A DNA stretch of 64,000 nucleotides from NCBI GenBank assembly GCA_963782265.1, contig CAWAJD010000009.1:101-64100 (forward strand), given 5' to 3'. The notes under the pieces were generated by a model. That model did no database searches. It was not told the origin of the DNA and saw only the letters and a list, made by a program, of their open reading frames with translations. Numbering within the stretch: position 1 is the first letter of the stretch; each line of letters begins with the position of its first letter. A program made the translations under genes and the position numbers. Positions 18,754 to 27,091 of the stretch are shown here, one piece after another. The stretch comes from Vulcanimicrobiota bacterium (GTDB lineage: Bacteria > Vulcanimicrobiota > Vulcanimicrobiia > Vulcanimicrobiales > Vulcanimicrobiaceae).

Positions 18754-19344
18754 GTGTCGGCTCTACTCGTGGAGGCACCCAGCATCGACCGGCTAGCCAA
18801 CGGCCTGGCCGACGGCGACCTCGTGGCCCTGACCCTCAGGGACAACCCGGACGCCTTCGCCACCCTCGTGGAACGGTACGACCGGGCGGTCTACCATTTG
18901 GCCTACCGGACCCTGCACGACGTCGAGGAAGCCCGCGACGTCGCACAGGAGGCATTCTTCAAGGCCTACCGGAGCCTGCGCACCTTCAAGCCGGGAGCGA
19001 AGTTCTCGACCTGGATTTTTGCCATCACCTATCACGCCTGCTGCGACCGTTTGAACCGCCGCAAGCGTTATTCGAACGAGGAACTGCCGGAACGGGCCGA
19101 CAGCACCCCGGGACCGGAAGCCCAAGCGATCGCCCTCGACGAAGCTCAGCGCTTGCGAGCGGCAATCGACCAGCTTCCGGAGAAGTACAGAACGGTCATC
19201 ACCCTCTACCATCTGCAGGGTAAGCAATACGAAGAGATCGCCCAAGTCCTCGATCTGCCGATGGGAACGGTAAAGACGCACTTGTTCCGGGCAAAAGAGC
19301 ATCTACGGAAGCTCTTGGCCGGAGCGGAGGTAACGGAATCATGA
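18754..19344 (+). CDS. ECF-type RNA polymerase sigma-70 factor
   Basis: Region 2 is YDRAVYHLAYRTLHDVEEARDVAQEAFFKAYRSL...FSTWIFAITYHAC. Region 4 is LPEKYRTVITLYHLQGKQYEEIAQVLDLPMGTVKTHLFRAKEHL. Confidence 0.85.
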   Translation: MSALLVEAPSIDRLANGLADGDLVALTLRDNPDAFATLVERYDRAVYHLAYRTLHDVEEARDVAQEAFFKAYRSLRTFKPGAKFSTWIFAITYHACCDRLNRRKRYSNEELPERADSTPGPEAQAIALDEAQRLRAAIDQLPEKYRTVITLYHLQGKQYEEIAQVLDLPMGTVKTHLFRAKEHLRKLLAGAEVTES

Positions 19345-19724
19345 AATACGACAGCGACGACGCACTCGACCGGGCCCTGTTCGCGCTCCCCCTGGAGGAG
19401 CCGCCGGAGGGCATGCGTGCCTCGATCCTGACCGCAACCGTCTACCGTCCCGTCCCGGCTTTCGCGGCGTGGGAGATCGCCGCCATCGGCGCGGTCGCCG
19501 CGCTCGGCCTCTGGTTCGCCATCCTCATCGGACTCGGCGGCGGAACGCTCTTCGTGCACACCCTCGATACCATCGGCCAGAGTTTCACCCACGCGTTCTC
19601 CAACATCGGCAACCTGGCGTGGACCGGCGCCGGTATCGCGACCGCCGTGTGGCTGACACTTTTCATGGGATCCCAACCGTACGCGCTCGCCGGACAGAGG
19701 TCTCAACGGAGGGGTAGCCGGTAA
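19341..19724 (+). CDS. Putative membrane anti-sigma factor
   Basis: ATGA overlap with the sigma gene. 127 aa with a short cytoplasmic N-terminus followed by 2-3 TM segments. Confidence 0.5.
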   Translation: MKYDSDDALDRALFALPLEEPPEGMRASILTATVYRPVPAFAAWEIAAIGAVAALGLWFAILIGLGGGTLFVHTLDTIGQSFTHAFSNIGNLAWTGAGIATAVWLTLFMGSQPYALAGQRSQRRGSR

Positions 19725-19732
19725 TCTCCATC

Positions 19733-20413
19733 ATGGAGAAACCGGCTAAGACCCACCGCATCCTCATCGTCGAAGACGACACCGCCATCAACCGCGTCCT
19801 GCAACTCGAACTCGAGCATGAAGGCTTCGAGGTCGACGTCGCGCGCGACGGACTCGCCGGGCTGGAAAAGGCGCTCAAAGAACCCGATCTCGTGATCTTG
19901 GATCTGATGCTGCCGCGCATGGATGGGCTCGAAGTCTGCAAGCGCATTCGCTCCAAGAGCAACGTGCCGATCATCATGCTCACGGCCAAGGATCGCGTGC
20001 CGGATCGCGTTGCCGGGCTCGACTTGGGTGCGGACGACTACATCACCAAACCGTTCTCCACCGAGGAACTGCTCGCTCGCGTGCGCGCGCGCCTTCGCGA
20101 GCGCTCGCCGCAATCCAACGTGATCGAGTATCGTGACGTCGTGATGGACCGCGATCGTCACGAAGTGCACCGCAGCGGAAAACCGGTGAATTTAACCGCC
20201 AAAGAGTACGCACTGCTCGAGTATCTGCTGCTGCATCGAAACAAGGTGCACACGCGCGACGAGCTCTTCAACGGCGTGTGGGGCAGCGATTTCTTGGGCG
20301 ATTCGAACCTGATCGACGTCTACGTGCGGTATTTACGCGGCAAGATCGACGACGGCTTCGACGAGAAGCTGATCACGACCGTGCGCGGCGTCGGCTACAC
20401 AATCAAAGATTAG
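19733..20413 (+). CDS. OmpR-family response regulator
   Basis: Receiver domain (ILIVEDD...DLVILDLMLPRMDG...MLTAKD) plus a winged-helix domain (LTAKEYALLEYLL...VRYLRGKID...TVRGVGY). Confidence 0.9.
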   Translation: MEKPAKTHRILIVEDDTAINRVLQLELEHEGFEVDVARDGLAGLEKALKEPDLVILDLMLPRMDGLEVCKRIRSKSNVPIIMLTAKDRVPDRVAGLDLGADDYITKPFSTEELLARVRARLRERSPQSNVIEYRDVVMDRDRHEVHRSGKPVNLTAKEYALLEYLLLHRNKVHTRDELFNGVWGSDFLGDSNLIDVYVRYLRGKIDDGFDEKLITTVRGVGYTIKD

Positions 20414-20459
20414 AGGCAGTCGCCTGACCCTCAAGTGGCGGATCGCACTCGTCTACGCG

Positions 20460-21848
20460 GTGCTGCTCGTCGCAGCGCTCGTAGTGACGAGCGCCATCAT
20501 CGCGTGGCGTTTTCAATCGATCCTCTACGATTCGGCGAAGGCCAACGTCAATGCGACGATGAGCGACATCGTGGTCGCCTCGCAGCACTCGAATCCTTAT
20601 ACGTTTTCCGATTCGACCGGCGGCGCGCTGCAGTTCTTCTTCAACAGCACGAACCTCGCACAGTGGGAATCCCCGAGCACCTTCATCCAAGTCGATTCGT
20701 CGAGCGGGTATCCGCTCGCAAAGACCGATAACCTCGGCGGCAACACGATCCCGCCGAACACCGACCTGAATGAGAAGGCCGACACGGCGTTCCGCAACGT
20801 GAGCATCGCCGGCACGCCGTATTTGGTGGAGGACCGCTTCATCAGCGAAGGCAACAGCGCCGGCGTCGTGCACGTCGCACAGCCGCTCGACGCACTCTAT
20901 CAGGTGTTCGCGCAGGCACGGCGCGTCATTCTCTTCACGCTCGCGGCGGCGGCGATTGCCGTCATCTTGCTGTCGATTTTACTTGCGGCGCAAGCGACCA
21001 CGCCGATCAACGACCTGTCGAATGCGATGCGCGAAATCGGGTTCGACCGCCTGAGCCTGCGCCTGAAGCGGCCGCCGCGCAATGACGAGATCGGCCGGCT
21101 CGCCGAGAGCTTCAACGATCTGCTCGCACGTCTCGAGGAGGCGTTCGCACGCGAGCGCCGCTTTATCTCCGACGCATCGCACGAGCTAAAAACACCCCTC
21201 ACGTCGATCAACGCCAACGCGCAGATGCTGCTGCGCTGGGGAGATCAAGAGCCGGTAATCCGTCACGAAAGCCTGGAGACGATCGCCGCAGAGAGTGCGT
21301 CGCTGGCTGCGATGGTCAACGGCATGCTGACGCTGGCCAAGGCCGATCGTGGCGACGACGTCCCAAAAGAACCCGTCTCGCTGGCGCAGCTCGCCAGCGA
21401 AGCCGTTCGCGGTTCGGCGCAGCGGGCCTCAGAAAAACATCTGGCGCTCACGTTCGAACACGAAGCAGTGCCGGTCGTTTTTGGCGATCCGAGCCTGCTG
21501 CGTCAGCTCGTCGGCAACTTGGTCGACAACGCCATCAAGTTCACCGAAAAGGGTTCGGTCGACGTACGCGTCGGACAGGACCGCACCTCGGCCTGGGTCG
21601 AGGTCAGCGATAGCGGCCCCGGGATCCCCGAAGAAGAGCTGCTCCACGTCTTCGATCGCTTTTACCGCACCGACCAAGCCCGCTCGCGCAGCGAGGGGGT
21701 TCCGGGCACGGGCTTGGGCCTAGCCATCGTACGCTCGATCGCCCGGGTTCACGAGGGCGAGGTCACCGCCGGGCGCTCGCAAGCAGGCGGGGCCCTGTTC
21801 CGCGTCGTTTTACCCCGCATGAATCTTCCGCTCACCGATATCTCATGA
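20460..21848 (+). CDS. Sensor histidine kinase (TM-sensor-HAMP-HisKA-HATPase)
   Basis: HAMP is PINDLSNAMREI...IGRLAESFNDLLARLEEAF and the H-box is FISDASHELKTPLTSI. The ATP-binding boxes are NLVDNAIKFT, DSGPGIP and GTGLGLAIV. The N-terminus may extend to CTG 20424 (LTLKWRIALVYAVLLV). Confidence 0.85.
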   Translation: MLLVAALVVTSAIIAWRFQSILYDSAKANVNATMSDIVVASQHSNPYTFSDSTGGALQFFFNSTNLAQWESPSTFIQVDSSSGYPLAKTDNLGGNTIPPNTDLNEKADTAFRNVSIAGTPYLVEDRFISEGNSAGVVHVAQPLDALYQVFAQARRVILFTLAAAAIAVILLSILLAAQATTPINDLSNAMREIGFDRLSLRLKRPPRNDEIGRLAESFNDLLARLEEAFARERRFISDASHELKTPLTSINANAQMLLRWGDQEPVIRHESLETIAAESASLAAMVNGMLTLAKADRGDDVPKEPVSLAQLASEAVRGSAQRASEKHLALTFEHEAVPVVFGDPSLLRQLVGNLVDNAIKFTEKGSVDVRVGQDRTSAWVEVSDSGPGIPEEELLHVFDRFYRTDQARSRSEGVPGTGLGLAIVRSIARVHEGEVTAGRSQAGGALFRVVLPRMNLPLTDIS

Positions 21849-23077
21849 TGCGGTCGTGGGCACCCGGCTACAATGAATGGGTGATCGGAATTTGGGGGCG
21901 AGGGGCGGCATCGGCGCTCTTCGTCTCGCTGTGTTTTCTCTTCCTCGCGGCCCCCGCGCGCGCCGACGAGTCGTACTCGGTCGGCCCGTCGCCGATCGTA
22001 CGCGTGATGATGAGCACCGGCCGGGTGACGATCGCGACGTCGGACAATCCGCAGGTCACCGTTTCGAGTTCCGGCACGGTCGACGTGCGGCACCTCGGAC
22101 CGAACGATCCGGGCACGCAGCTTCCGCCCGACATCCCGATCCCGGCACAGACCCTCCAGAGCGAACAGGGCCTCATCGCGCTGGTGCGCGAGAACTTCGT
22201 ACTGCCGCATCTGCCCGCCGGACCGCACGACGCGATCGTCGTTCGCGGACAGGGCGACACCACGATTACGATTCCGCGCTCGACCGCGCTGGTATTCGCG
22301 CACGTGCGAGCCGGCCGCATCACGATTGCGAACTATAACGGCGTTTTCATCGCGCACTCGCGGACCGGCGATATCTCCTTACAGCACGTCGGCGGAACGG
22401 GATTCGCGCAGTCGCTGGCCGGCCAGGTCAGCGCCGACGACTCGTCGTTCGCACGCCTGCGCGCGCGCACCGGTACCGGCAACATGCTGTTCCGCAACTG
22501 CGTCGCGCATCAAATCGAGGCGAGCAGCACCTACGGTTCGATCGTCTACGACAACGGGCAGTTCGAGCCGGGCTTGGCTCGTTTCGAATCGCAGGACGGC
22601 GACGTAGCGGTCGGCGTGCAGAATCAGGGCAACGGCGTTCAGATCGGCGCTCACTCCGGCAGCGGTCACATCGTTTCGAACTATAGCGACGGGACGCCCG
22701 TCACCGGCAGCGACGGAAACACCGAAGCCATGGTACGCGGCGGCGGCCCGGTCGTCACCACCTCATCGCAGAACGGCTCCGTGTATCTCTACAACGGGTC
22801 GATGGCGGCGCACCCCGCCGTGCAGCAGAATCTCGAATCCTCGATGGGTGGTATGGCGCCTGCCGCCGCGCAACAGCGCCCGGCGATCGGCGCGCCGCGC
22901 CTGCAGCGTCCGACGGCATATCCCGCCGCACCCGTCCGCGCCGCCCCGGTCCGTTATCCGGTGCAGTCGTATCCGCGCCAGCCGTATCCCCGCCAGCCGT
23001 ATCCGCGCCAGGTCGAGCCGCGCAAAATGCGTCCGTATCCGCAACCGACGCCTCCGCACCAGCACCCGCCCTACTAG
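21845..23077 (+). CDS. Secreted DUF4097-like beta-repeat protein with a Pro-rich C-terminal tail
   Basis: ATGA overlap with the kinase gene. A signal-like segment FVSLCFLFLAAPARA is followed by repeated G.I.I/V strand units and the tail YPRQPYPRQPYPRQVEPRKMRPYPQPTPP. Confidence 0.55.
   Translation: MMRSWAPGYNEWVIGIWGRGAASALFVSLCFLFLAAPARADESYSVGPSPIVRVMMSTGRVTIATSDNPQVTVSSSGTVDVRHLGPNDPGTQLPPDIPIPAQTLQSEQGLIALVRENFVLPHLPAGPHDAIVVRGQGDTTITIPRSTALVFAHVRAGRITIANYNGVFIAHSRTGDISLQHVGGTGFAQSLAGQVSADDSSFARLRARTGTGNMLFRNCVAHQIEASSTYGSIVYDNGQFEPGLARFESQDGDVAVGVQNQGNGVQIGAHSGSGHIVSNYSDGTPVTGSDGNTEAMVRGGGPVVTTSSQNGSVYLYNGSMAAHPAVQQNLESSMGGMAPAAAQQRPAIGAPRLQRPTAYPAAPVRAAPVRYPVQSYPRQPYPRQPYPRQVEPRKMRPYPQPTPPHQHPPY
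22970..23011 (+). repeat. 15-nt tandem repeat (about 2.8 copies) encoding YPRQP units
   Basis: tatccgcgccagccg / tatccccgccagccg / tatccgcgccag. Confidence 0.8.
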
Positions 23078-24855
23078 CGAGCGTTCACCGCGGACGCGAT
23101 AATATAACGCGGAATGAGCTCTTCGTAGAACGCGCGCCACGTTGGGAAGTTGCTATAGTTTCCCGCGGTAAATTCGACGGTCATATCGAGGTCCGGAAGC
23201 ACGACGATCAGTTGTCCGCCATTGCCCTGCGCCATGTACTCTTCGTACGAACGGTTTCCGACGTGCGCCGTGAAGAGATGCCAGCCGTACCCGTACCCGT
23301 GGCCGCTTGCGTAGTTCGACGCCGCGAACGCCGAATGTCTTTGCGTCGAGAGCCGTACCCAGCCCGCGCTCACGACGCGCCGCCCGTTCCACGTACCGTG
23401 CGAGAGATAGAGCTGGCCGAGTTTGAGCGCGTCGCGCGGCCGCAAGTATGCGCCGCCGCCCATGTACGCGTCGCCGTTAGGCGAAAGGTTCAAATGATAC
23501 GTCGCAATGTCCAATGGTTGCGCAAACGCCCGTTGAAAGAAATCGACGAGTGAGGTTCCGGTCGCACTGCGAATGACCGCGCCGACGAGGTTGATCCCCA
23601 CCGTGCAGTAGACCGCCGCTCCCGAGCCCGGCTCGCCGGCCATCGGCAGGTCGAGCGCGTACTTGTAGTAGTCGAGCTGCTGCGATTGTGCGTACATGCG
23701 ATCTTCGTTTCCCGGAGATGCGTCGTCGTTGTCGTTGCACGCTAGCCCGGACTGCATGCTCAGCAGATCGCCGACGGTGATTCGCGATTTCCGCGGATCG
23801 GGATTCGCGACGCTTGCGTAGTGGAACAAGGGCAACGCCGGAGAGCTCATGGAGAACGCCGCTCCCTTATCGATGGCGATGCCGGCGAGCACCGAGGTAA
23901 TGCTCTTGGAGGCGGAGCGCAGATCGTGTGTGCGATCGGCTTCAAACCCGTAGAAGTACTCTTCCAGTGCGAGCTTGCCGTGGCGTGCGATCAAGAGGCC
24001 TTGAACGTAGGGAGCGTTGTACCAATCCGTCTTCGCGGTAAGGATGCCGTCGACGAGCGCACGCAGTGGTGCCGCGTTCAAGCCGGCCGCATCGAGCGAC
24101 GCGGTACGCCATCCGTCATTCTCTGCAACGGGCTGCCGGTAGACGTACGAGGTCACGTCCGGAGTGCGCGGATAAAAACCAACGGCGGTGTCGCGCGTGC
24201 GGCGCGTGAAGACGAGCGGGCCGTAGTCGGGAAACGGGAGCGTCAACGAATCCGACCGGGCGTCGTAGCTCGCGACGATCGTGTCGGATGCATCGTCTGC
24301 GTTTGCGAACGTTACGCCCGATCCGGAAATTGCGACGGTGAACGGGCGACCCACTCCGATGTTGAGCTCGGGATTCCGCAAGAACGCGCGCAGGCGGCCG
24401 GCGCGCTGCACGATCGAGAGATAGAGCGAGATGCGATCTTCCAGCGGCGAGACGATGCCGCGCCACACGTTGGGCGCGATCGCCCGCAGTCGTACGGGCG
24501 TCGCGTAGCGGCTGCCGGTGGTGCGCGTTTCCGGCTGAGTCCACATTCCACTTACGCTGCCGTCACTGCCGACGCGCCCGCGGAAGTCGCCTTGTTCCGC
24601 CGGCAACCTAAAGACGAGCGCGGCACCCGAACGACGCACCGGCACCGCAAACCCGGAGATGCTCGCCACGTACGGCTCGGCACGAAGGTCCAACGTTAGC
24701 ATCCCGCGCGCTAGCGGCCCGAAGGTTCGCTCGCTGCCCCACAATCCGGCAAGCCCCGGCTCCGACAGTGTCGCGGCCGGCGAAGGCGACGCCGTTTGCG
24801 CCGAGGCCGGAAGCGCCATCAATAGCGACGCGAGGACGGCGACGAGTAGACGCAA
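23074..24855 (-). CDS. Secreted serine hydrolase (beta-lactamase/PBP-like domain) with a large N-terminal domain
   Basis: Signal peptide MRLLVAVLASLLMALPASAQT. The SxxK motif is in LRSASKSITSVLAGIAIDKG, and the later YGYGWH is typical of class-C-like hydrolases. Confidence 0.7.
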   Translation of the reverse strand: MRLLVAVLASLLMALPASAQTASPSPAATLSEPGLAGLWGSERTFGPLARGMLTLDLRAEPYVASISGFAVPVRRSGAALVFRLPAEQGDFRGRVGSDGSVSGMWTQPETRTTGSRYATPVRLRAIAPNVWRGIVSPLEDRISLYLSIVQRAGRLRAFLRNPELNIGVGRPFTVAISGSGVTFANADDASDTIVASYDARSDSLTLPFPDYGPLVFTRRTRDTAVGFYPRTPDVTSYVYRQPVAENDGWRTASLDAAGLNAAPLRALVDGILTAKTDWYNAPYVQGLLIARHGKLALEEYFYGFEADRTHDLRSASKSITSVLAGIAIDKGAAFSMSSPALPLFHYASVANPDPRKSRITVGDLLSMQSGLACNDNDDASPGNEDRMYAQSQQLDYYKYALDLPMAGEPGSGAAVYCTVGINLVGAVIRSATGTSLVDFFQRAFAQPLDIATYHLNLSPNGDAYMGGGAYLRPRDALKLGQLYLSHGTWNGRRVVSAGWVRLSTQRHSAFAASNYASGHGYGYGWHLFTAHVGNRSYEEYMAQGNGGQLIVVLPDLDMTVEFTAGNYSNFPTWRAFYEELIPRYIIASAVNAR

Positions 24856-24869
24856 CGCAGCCTCCCGGA

Positions 24870-25334
24870 TTACAGCAAGAACTTTCGCATGACGGCCACG
24901 TCCAGTTTGAATGTGTGCTGCGGTAGAACCGCTTCTTCTTTATAGCCGCACGCTTCGAGAAATTGCTGTGCGGCGCTGCCGTGCGGAACGAGCGCCGTCA
25001 TCTTATGGCAGTTGTAGTAGTTCGCGACATCGGCGGCAGCGTCGAGCAATCGGCGCCCGATTGCGGCGCGGCGCCGCCCGGGCAGCACGACGACGCGCTC
25101 GACGTGCGCGAGCGACGCTGCGATCCGGATCGTCGCGGCGCCGACCGGTTCGCCGTCTTCGGTGGCGCAAAAATCGTACGACTGCTCGTGCCAGATGACC
25201 GAAAAATCGTAGAGCGTTTTGAGTGCTTCGCGTTCGTTGGTTTTGAAAAATGCGTCGACCGATCCCGGAGCGGCTCGGCCGATCTCAACCGGCAACTGCC
25301 GCGACCTCGGTGTCGAGATCGAGATCGAGCCCAT
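24870..25334 (-). CDS. GNAT family N-acetyltransferase
   Basis: VVVLPGRRRAAIGRRLLDAAADVANYYNCHKMTALV...FLEACGY. The start is uncertain because the ORF overlaps the MBL gene end by 50 nt. Confidence 0.6.
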   Translation of the reverse strand: MGSISISTPRSRQLPVEIGRAAPGSVDAFFKTNEREALKTLYDFSVIWHEQSYDFCATEDGEPVGAATIRIAASLAHVERVVVLPGRRRAAIGRRLLDAAADVANYYNCHKMTALVPHGSAAQQFLEACGYKEEAVLPQHTFKLDVAVMRKFLL

Positions 25335-26079
25335 CGTACGCCGCTACCGCCCGCAGGCCGAGTTCGTCTTCGACCTCTTGTGCGAGCCGTTTTGGATCGG
25401 CTTCCAGCATCTTCGTACCGAAGTGCTGGAAGACCGCGACTTTGGGACGAACGCCTTCGACGATCCGGCGCGCGTCATCCCACTTCAAATGGTCGACGCT
25501 CATCTCGTCGCGATAGCGCAGCACGTTTATCACTAGGACGTCGGGCGCGTAGCTCGCATAGTCGGCGATCAAGCCTTCGAAAAAACGCCCGCACGGCAAG
25601 TAGGCAACGCGCAGGCCCGCGTGGGCGAAGTGCAGCCCGTAGGTTTGCGAGGCGTGGACGTGCGCGATCGACGTTCGCAGTTCGACGTCGCCGATGCGGT
25701 AGGGCCCCGAGCTTGGTTCCAGCCGTTCGACATGCGCCGGAAACCTTTGCGCGTACGGCAATACGACGGGCTCGCCGTCAAACGCGTCGGCCGGCGCGAA
25801 CACGGTGCCGCGCGGCCGGAAGCCGCCGGCCGTCATCGCCTCGATCAGCACGTTGACGTCGCCGGAGTGGTCGAGATGCTTGTGCGACAGGACGATCGCG
25901 TCGAGTTCCCGCGGGTTGCACGGCGGGACGTGCGAGAGGGCCCGAACCAAAGCGCCGGGTCCGGGATCGACGTGAATGCGGGTCTCGCCGAAACGCATCC
26001 ACATTCCGCCGGAGGCGCGCAGTTGGCGTGCGACGACGAAGCGGGCGCCGCCGCTGCCGAGAAAAAGGATGGAGTTCAG
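25285..26079 (-). CDS. MBL-fold metallo-hydrolase (apparent CTG start, CTGA overlap with padR)
   Basis: (L)NSILFLGSGGARFVVARQ...HVDPGPG...AIVLSHKHLDHSGD, the HxHxDH motif. Confidence 0.7.
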   Translation of the reverse strand: MNSILFLGSGGARFVVARQLRASGGMWMRFGETRIHVDPGPGALVRALSHVPPCNPRELDAIVLSHKHLDHSGDVNVLIEAMTAGGFRPRGTVFAPADAFDGEPVVLPYAQRFPAHVERLEPSSGPYRIGDVELRTSIAHVHASQTYGLHFAHAGLRVAYLPCGRFFEGLIADYASYAPDVLVINVLRYRDEMSVDHLKWDDARRIVEGVRPKVAVFQHFGTKMLEADPKRLAQEVEDELGLRAVAAYDGLDLDLDTEVAAVAG

Positions 26080-26489
26080 GCGCCGCGCTGCCTCACCGAT
26101 GCGGTCTCACCCCGGGCGTCGTACAGGGCGAAGAACGTCTCGAGGTTGGCCCGATACTGGTTGAGCACTTCACTCCACAGCCGCAGTGCCGCATCTCCGG
26201 CATCCGTCAGCGCGTAAAAACGACGCGCCGGCCCCTGTTCCTTCGGGTCCCACCACGACGAGATGTACCCGTCGCGCTCGAGCTGGCGCAGCGCCCGGTA
26301 GACGGTTCCCGCGTCGGTCGTCAGGTCGAACTTTTCGTTGAGTTCCTTGGTGATCTCGTAGCCGTGCAGGTTGTGTTCCGCGAGCATCACGAGGAGCCAC
26401 GCCATTAAGTAGTTCTTGGGCGTGCCTTTAGGGGGCAGTCCGCTATCGCGGGCGCCGAGCGACAACACGCGCTCGTGGGAGGCTCTCAC
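26076..26489 (-). CDS. PadR family transcriptional regulator
   Basis: LMAWLLVMLAEHNLHGYEITKELNEKFDLTTDAGTVYRALRQLERDGYISSWW, a winged-helix PadR signature. Confidence 0.8.
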   Translation of the reverse strand: MRASHERVLSLGARDSGLPPKGTPKNYLMAWLLVMLAEHNLHGYEITKELNEKFDLTTDAGTVYRALRQLERDGYISSWWDPKEQGPARRFYALTDAGDAALRLWSEVLNQYRANLETFFALYDARGETASVRQRGA

Positions 26490-26643
26490 CCGAAGGCTTC
26501 CCGCGGATTACAAACCATCAGTATTTTATCAATTCCCAGGACTCAAGCCGAACAAACCGAGGGTTCCGAAGCGCGATTCATTCACGTTTATGGAAAGTAG
26601 ACCTGCGAGAGAAGTCGGCAGGCAAGCCATCCCTAACCAATAT

Positions 26644-26659
26644 ATTAGGCACGCCTAAT
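26644..26659. promoter_or_regulatory. Perfect 16-bp palindrome in the AT-rich region upstream of padR
   Basis: ATTAGGC-AC-GCCTAAT with 7-bp arms, about 155 nt upstream of the padR start. Confidence 0.3.
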
Positions 26660-26673
26660 TCATGGGTCGGGGA

Positions 26674-27054
26674 CTATGCTGGCCCCTCACATTCATATTT
26701 TCGGCCCCCTGTCATCCTGAGCGTAGGCACGAAGTGCCGTAGTGAAGGACCGCTACCCAGGACGCACCCGATCCGCGCCCCTGGCAAAACGAGAAACCGC
26801 CCCCAATCGTCGCCGACGAGGGCGATCTTCTTGCGGCGAGACCAGCCCTTCAGCTGTTTCTCCCAATCGATCGCCTGCCGAACGTCGTTAAACACCCAAG
26901 CCTTCGCGAGCGCCACCGGCCGCCGCAAATGCGTATAGCAGTCTGGGTCCCACCCGTTGTTGTGCTGAGCAACGCGGCGATCCGCATCCCGAGTCACCCC
27001 GACGTAGAACGAGAGATCCGCGCAGAGCAGCATGTAGACGTAATAGGTCTTCAT
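26674..27054 (-). CDS. GIY-YIG nuclease family protein (URI domain, COG2827-like)
   Basis: MKTYYVYMLLCADLSFYVGVTRDADRRVAQHNNG...AIDWEKQLKGWSRRKKIALV. The C-terminal tail ...SLRHFVPTLRMTGG is read-through into the repeat. Confidence 0.75.
   Translation of the reverse strand: MKTYYVYMLLCADLSFYVGVTRDADRRVAQHNNGWDPDCYTHLRRPVALAKAWVFNDVRQAIDWEKQLKGWSRRKKIALVGDDWGRFLVLPGARIGCVLGSGPSLRHFVPTLRMTGGRKYECEGPA
26710..26760 (+). repeat. Repeat copy 1 (left inverted repeat of the GIY-YIG unit)
   Basis: tgtcatcctgagcgtaggcacgaagtgccgtagtgaaggaccgctacccag. Confidence 0.8.
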
Positions 27055-27091
27055 GCTGCGCTTCTGCTGCGGGTTGTGTGGCTGGCTAGAT

